From Tricharina praecox (Eukaryota): 64,000 nt of DNA. The stretch is taken from positions 682,001 through 746,000 of the forward strand of contig NW_026250420.1 in assembly GCF_024521635.1 (NCBI RefSeq), written 5' to 3'. The notes beneath the pieces are model-generated. The model ran no database searches. It saw nothing but the letters and a program-made list of their open reading frames with translations, and was not told the origin of the DNA. Position 1 is the stretch's first letter, and every line of letters begins with the position of its first letter. Positions 62,676-64,000 of the stretch are shown here, piece by piece. The position numbers and the translations under genes are program-made.

Positions 62676-64000
62676 TGTGTCTGTGTAATTCGTGGTGCGG
62701 AGGAAGCGTAACGGATGGCGGAGTGCTCCCGGGAATACCGATGATGTCAATGGTTCCGATGGATGGTGGGATGGGGCGGCTGGGCAGTCATTGTGAGTCA
62801 CTCGCCGCCGGAACATTTCGGTCGGTCGGGAAATGCATCATGCAGCTCGCGGAAAGGTGCAGTTCCCACATTCTATGCGCTCTCGTCTGGGATACATTCA
62901 ACGGCTGCAGGGCTCGAGTATATCCACCATGCGATATCATCCAATAACGTTGAAGAATACGGATGGATGCGGTCATAATCGTTGCTTAAATACTCACTAC
63001 TGCTTCCTGCCATTCACAACCCTCCCGCAATCCTGCAATCCCGTAGCCCACAGCCGAGCATCGTCTGTGCTGGCTCACACGTACTATGCTGAATGATATC
63101 GGACGACTCGCAACCGCCGATACCTAGATGAAAATTGTTGTCAGTCCCAGAACAGCAAGTAACCACTACATTCGGAACGCTGGGAGTCTTCACATCGGAA
63201 AGCGTCCGGAGGCACTGCACACTGTATCACTCGCTTCAGCATCAGATCCCTCATGTTTTTCCATCACTCGCACCTCACTGCTTAGTGTACCTATTCGGCC
63301 AGCCCTGGCTTCGGCATAAATTAGTACAGCAGGAAAGACAGGTGCGTTCGCGACATCAGCTTGGAACCAGTAAACTCGGAAAGAAAATCCAGTCCGAGTG
63401 CCGATTGACAGTGCGAGTACGAGTATGTACGGCCAGCAATCACCCTACTCTAATACTTAGTAGAGTAGAGTCTGCATCACTTTCTCTACCCTTCAATCTC
63501 CAGCCACCAATACCGATACACACGGGACGAGCTTGGATTCTAGCCTGCGGTATGTAGGTAGTAGGTACATGCCAAACGTTCGGGAAGCACCAATGACACC
63601 TAAGGTAACGCTTCAATCCACCGTCTATTCGCACTCGCTCACTCGTGGGCTCCACACCCTCTCAGCCAAACAACCAACCGAATACCGGTATAGGAGGGGA
63701 AAATCGACAACCCTCAATCCACACAACAGCAGAATTGCCTATCTATTCTGCCAGCCATCTGCCATCCACCCGAGGCCAGCTACCAGCCATCTACCAGCCA
63801 GTACCCGAGACACCCCCTTGACCCCTTGCGGAGCCTTGTGGGAAACCGGGGACTCAACGTGGAAACCTTGAAACCTGGAACCGAACCGAATCGAATCTGC
63901 TTTTCTTTTCCCTTCCCTTCCCTTCCCTTCCCAGACCAGATTGGATCAGATCAGATCAGGATTACGCACGTTGCAAAGCAGTCAAAACAGTCAAAACAGT

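Overview
Eukaryotic DNA from a filamentous ascomycete: GC3-rich, intron-containing genes with short GT-AG introns and CTRAC branch sites. Placement in Pezizomycetes is a weak impression only. The window has two halves. (1) About 1-33 kb is gene-sparse, microsatellite-rich and accessory-like. It holds a short-chain dehydrogenase, two FAD-dependent monooxygenases, a degenerate pseudogene with a Plavaka-transposon-like motif, a metallo-beta-lactamase-fold hydrolase, and a divergent pair (MFS sugar porter, PTH11-like 7TM receptor) separated by about 10 kb. (2) About 33-63 kb is gene-dense and mostly housekeeping: NOP58, mitochondrial S15, DGK1, an F-box protein, an acidic orphan, CCT3, COG8, PRKRIP1-like, UBE2O-like, EAF-like, a disordered orphan and mitochondrial SerRS. 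The clearest unexplained structure is a pair of diverged inverted duplications at about 14.4-14.7 kb and 30.9-31.3 kb. Their block order (A,B on the left; rc(A),rc(B) on the right) is what a staggered-break inversion of the 16 kb MFS/PTH11 segment would leave. I recognised no tRNA, rRNA, snRNA or CRISPR array. Exon boundaries were read by eye and all homology calls come from motif recognition, not searches.
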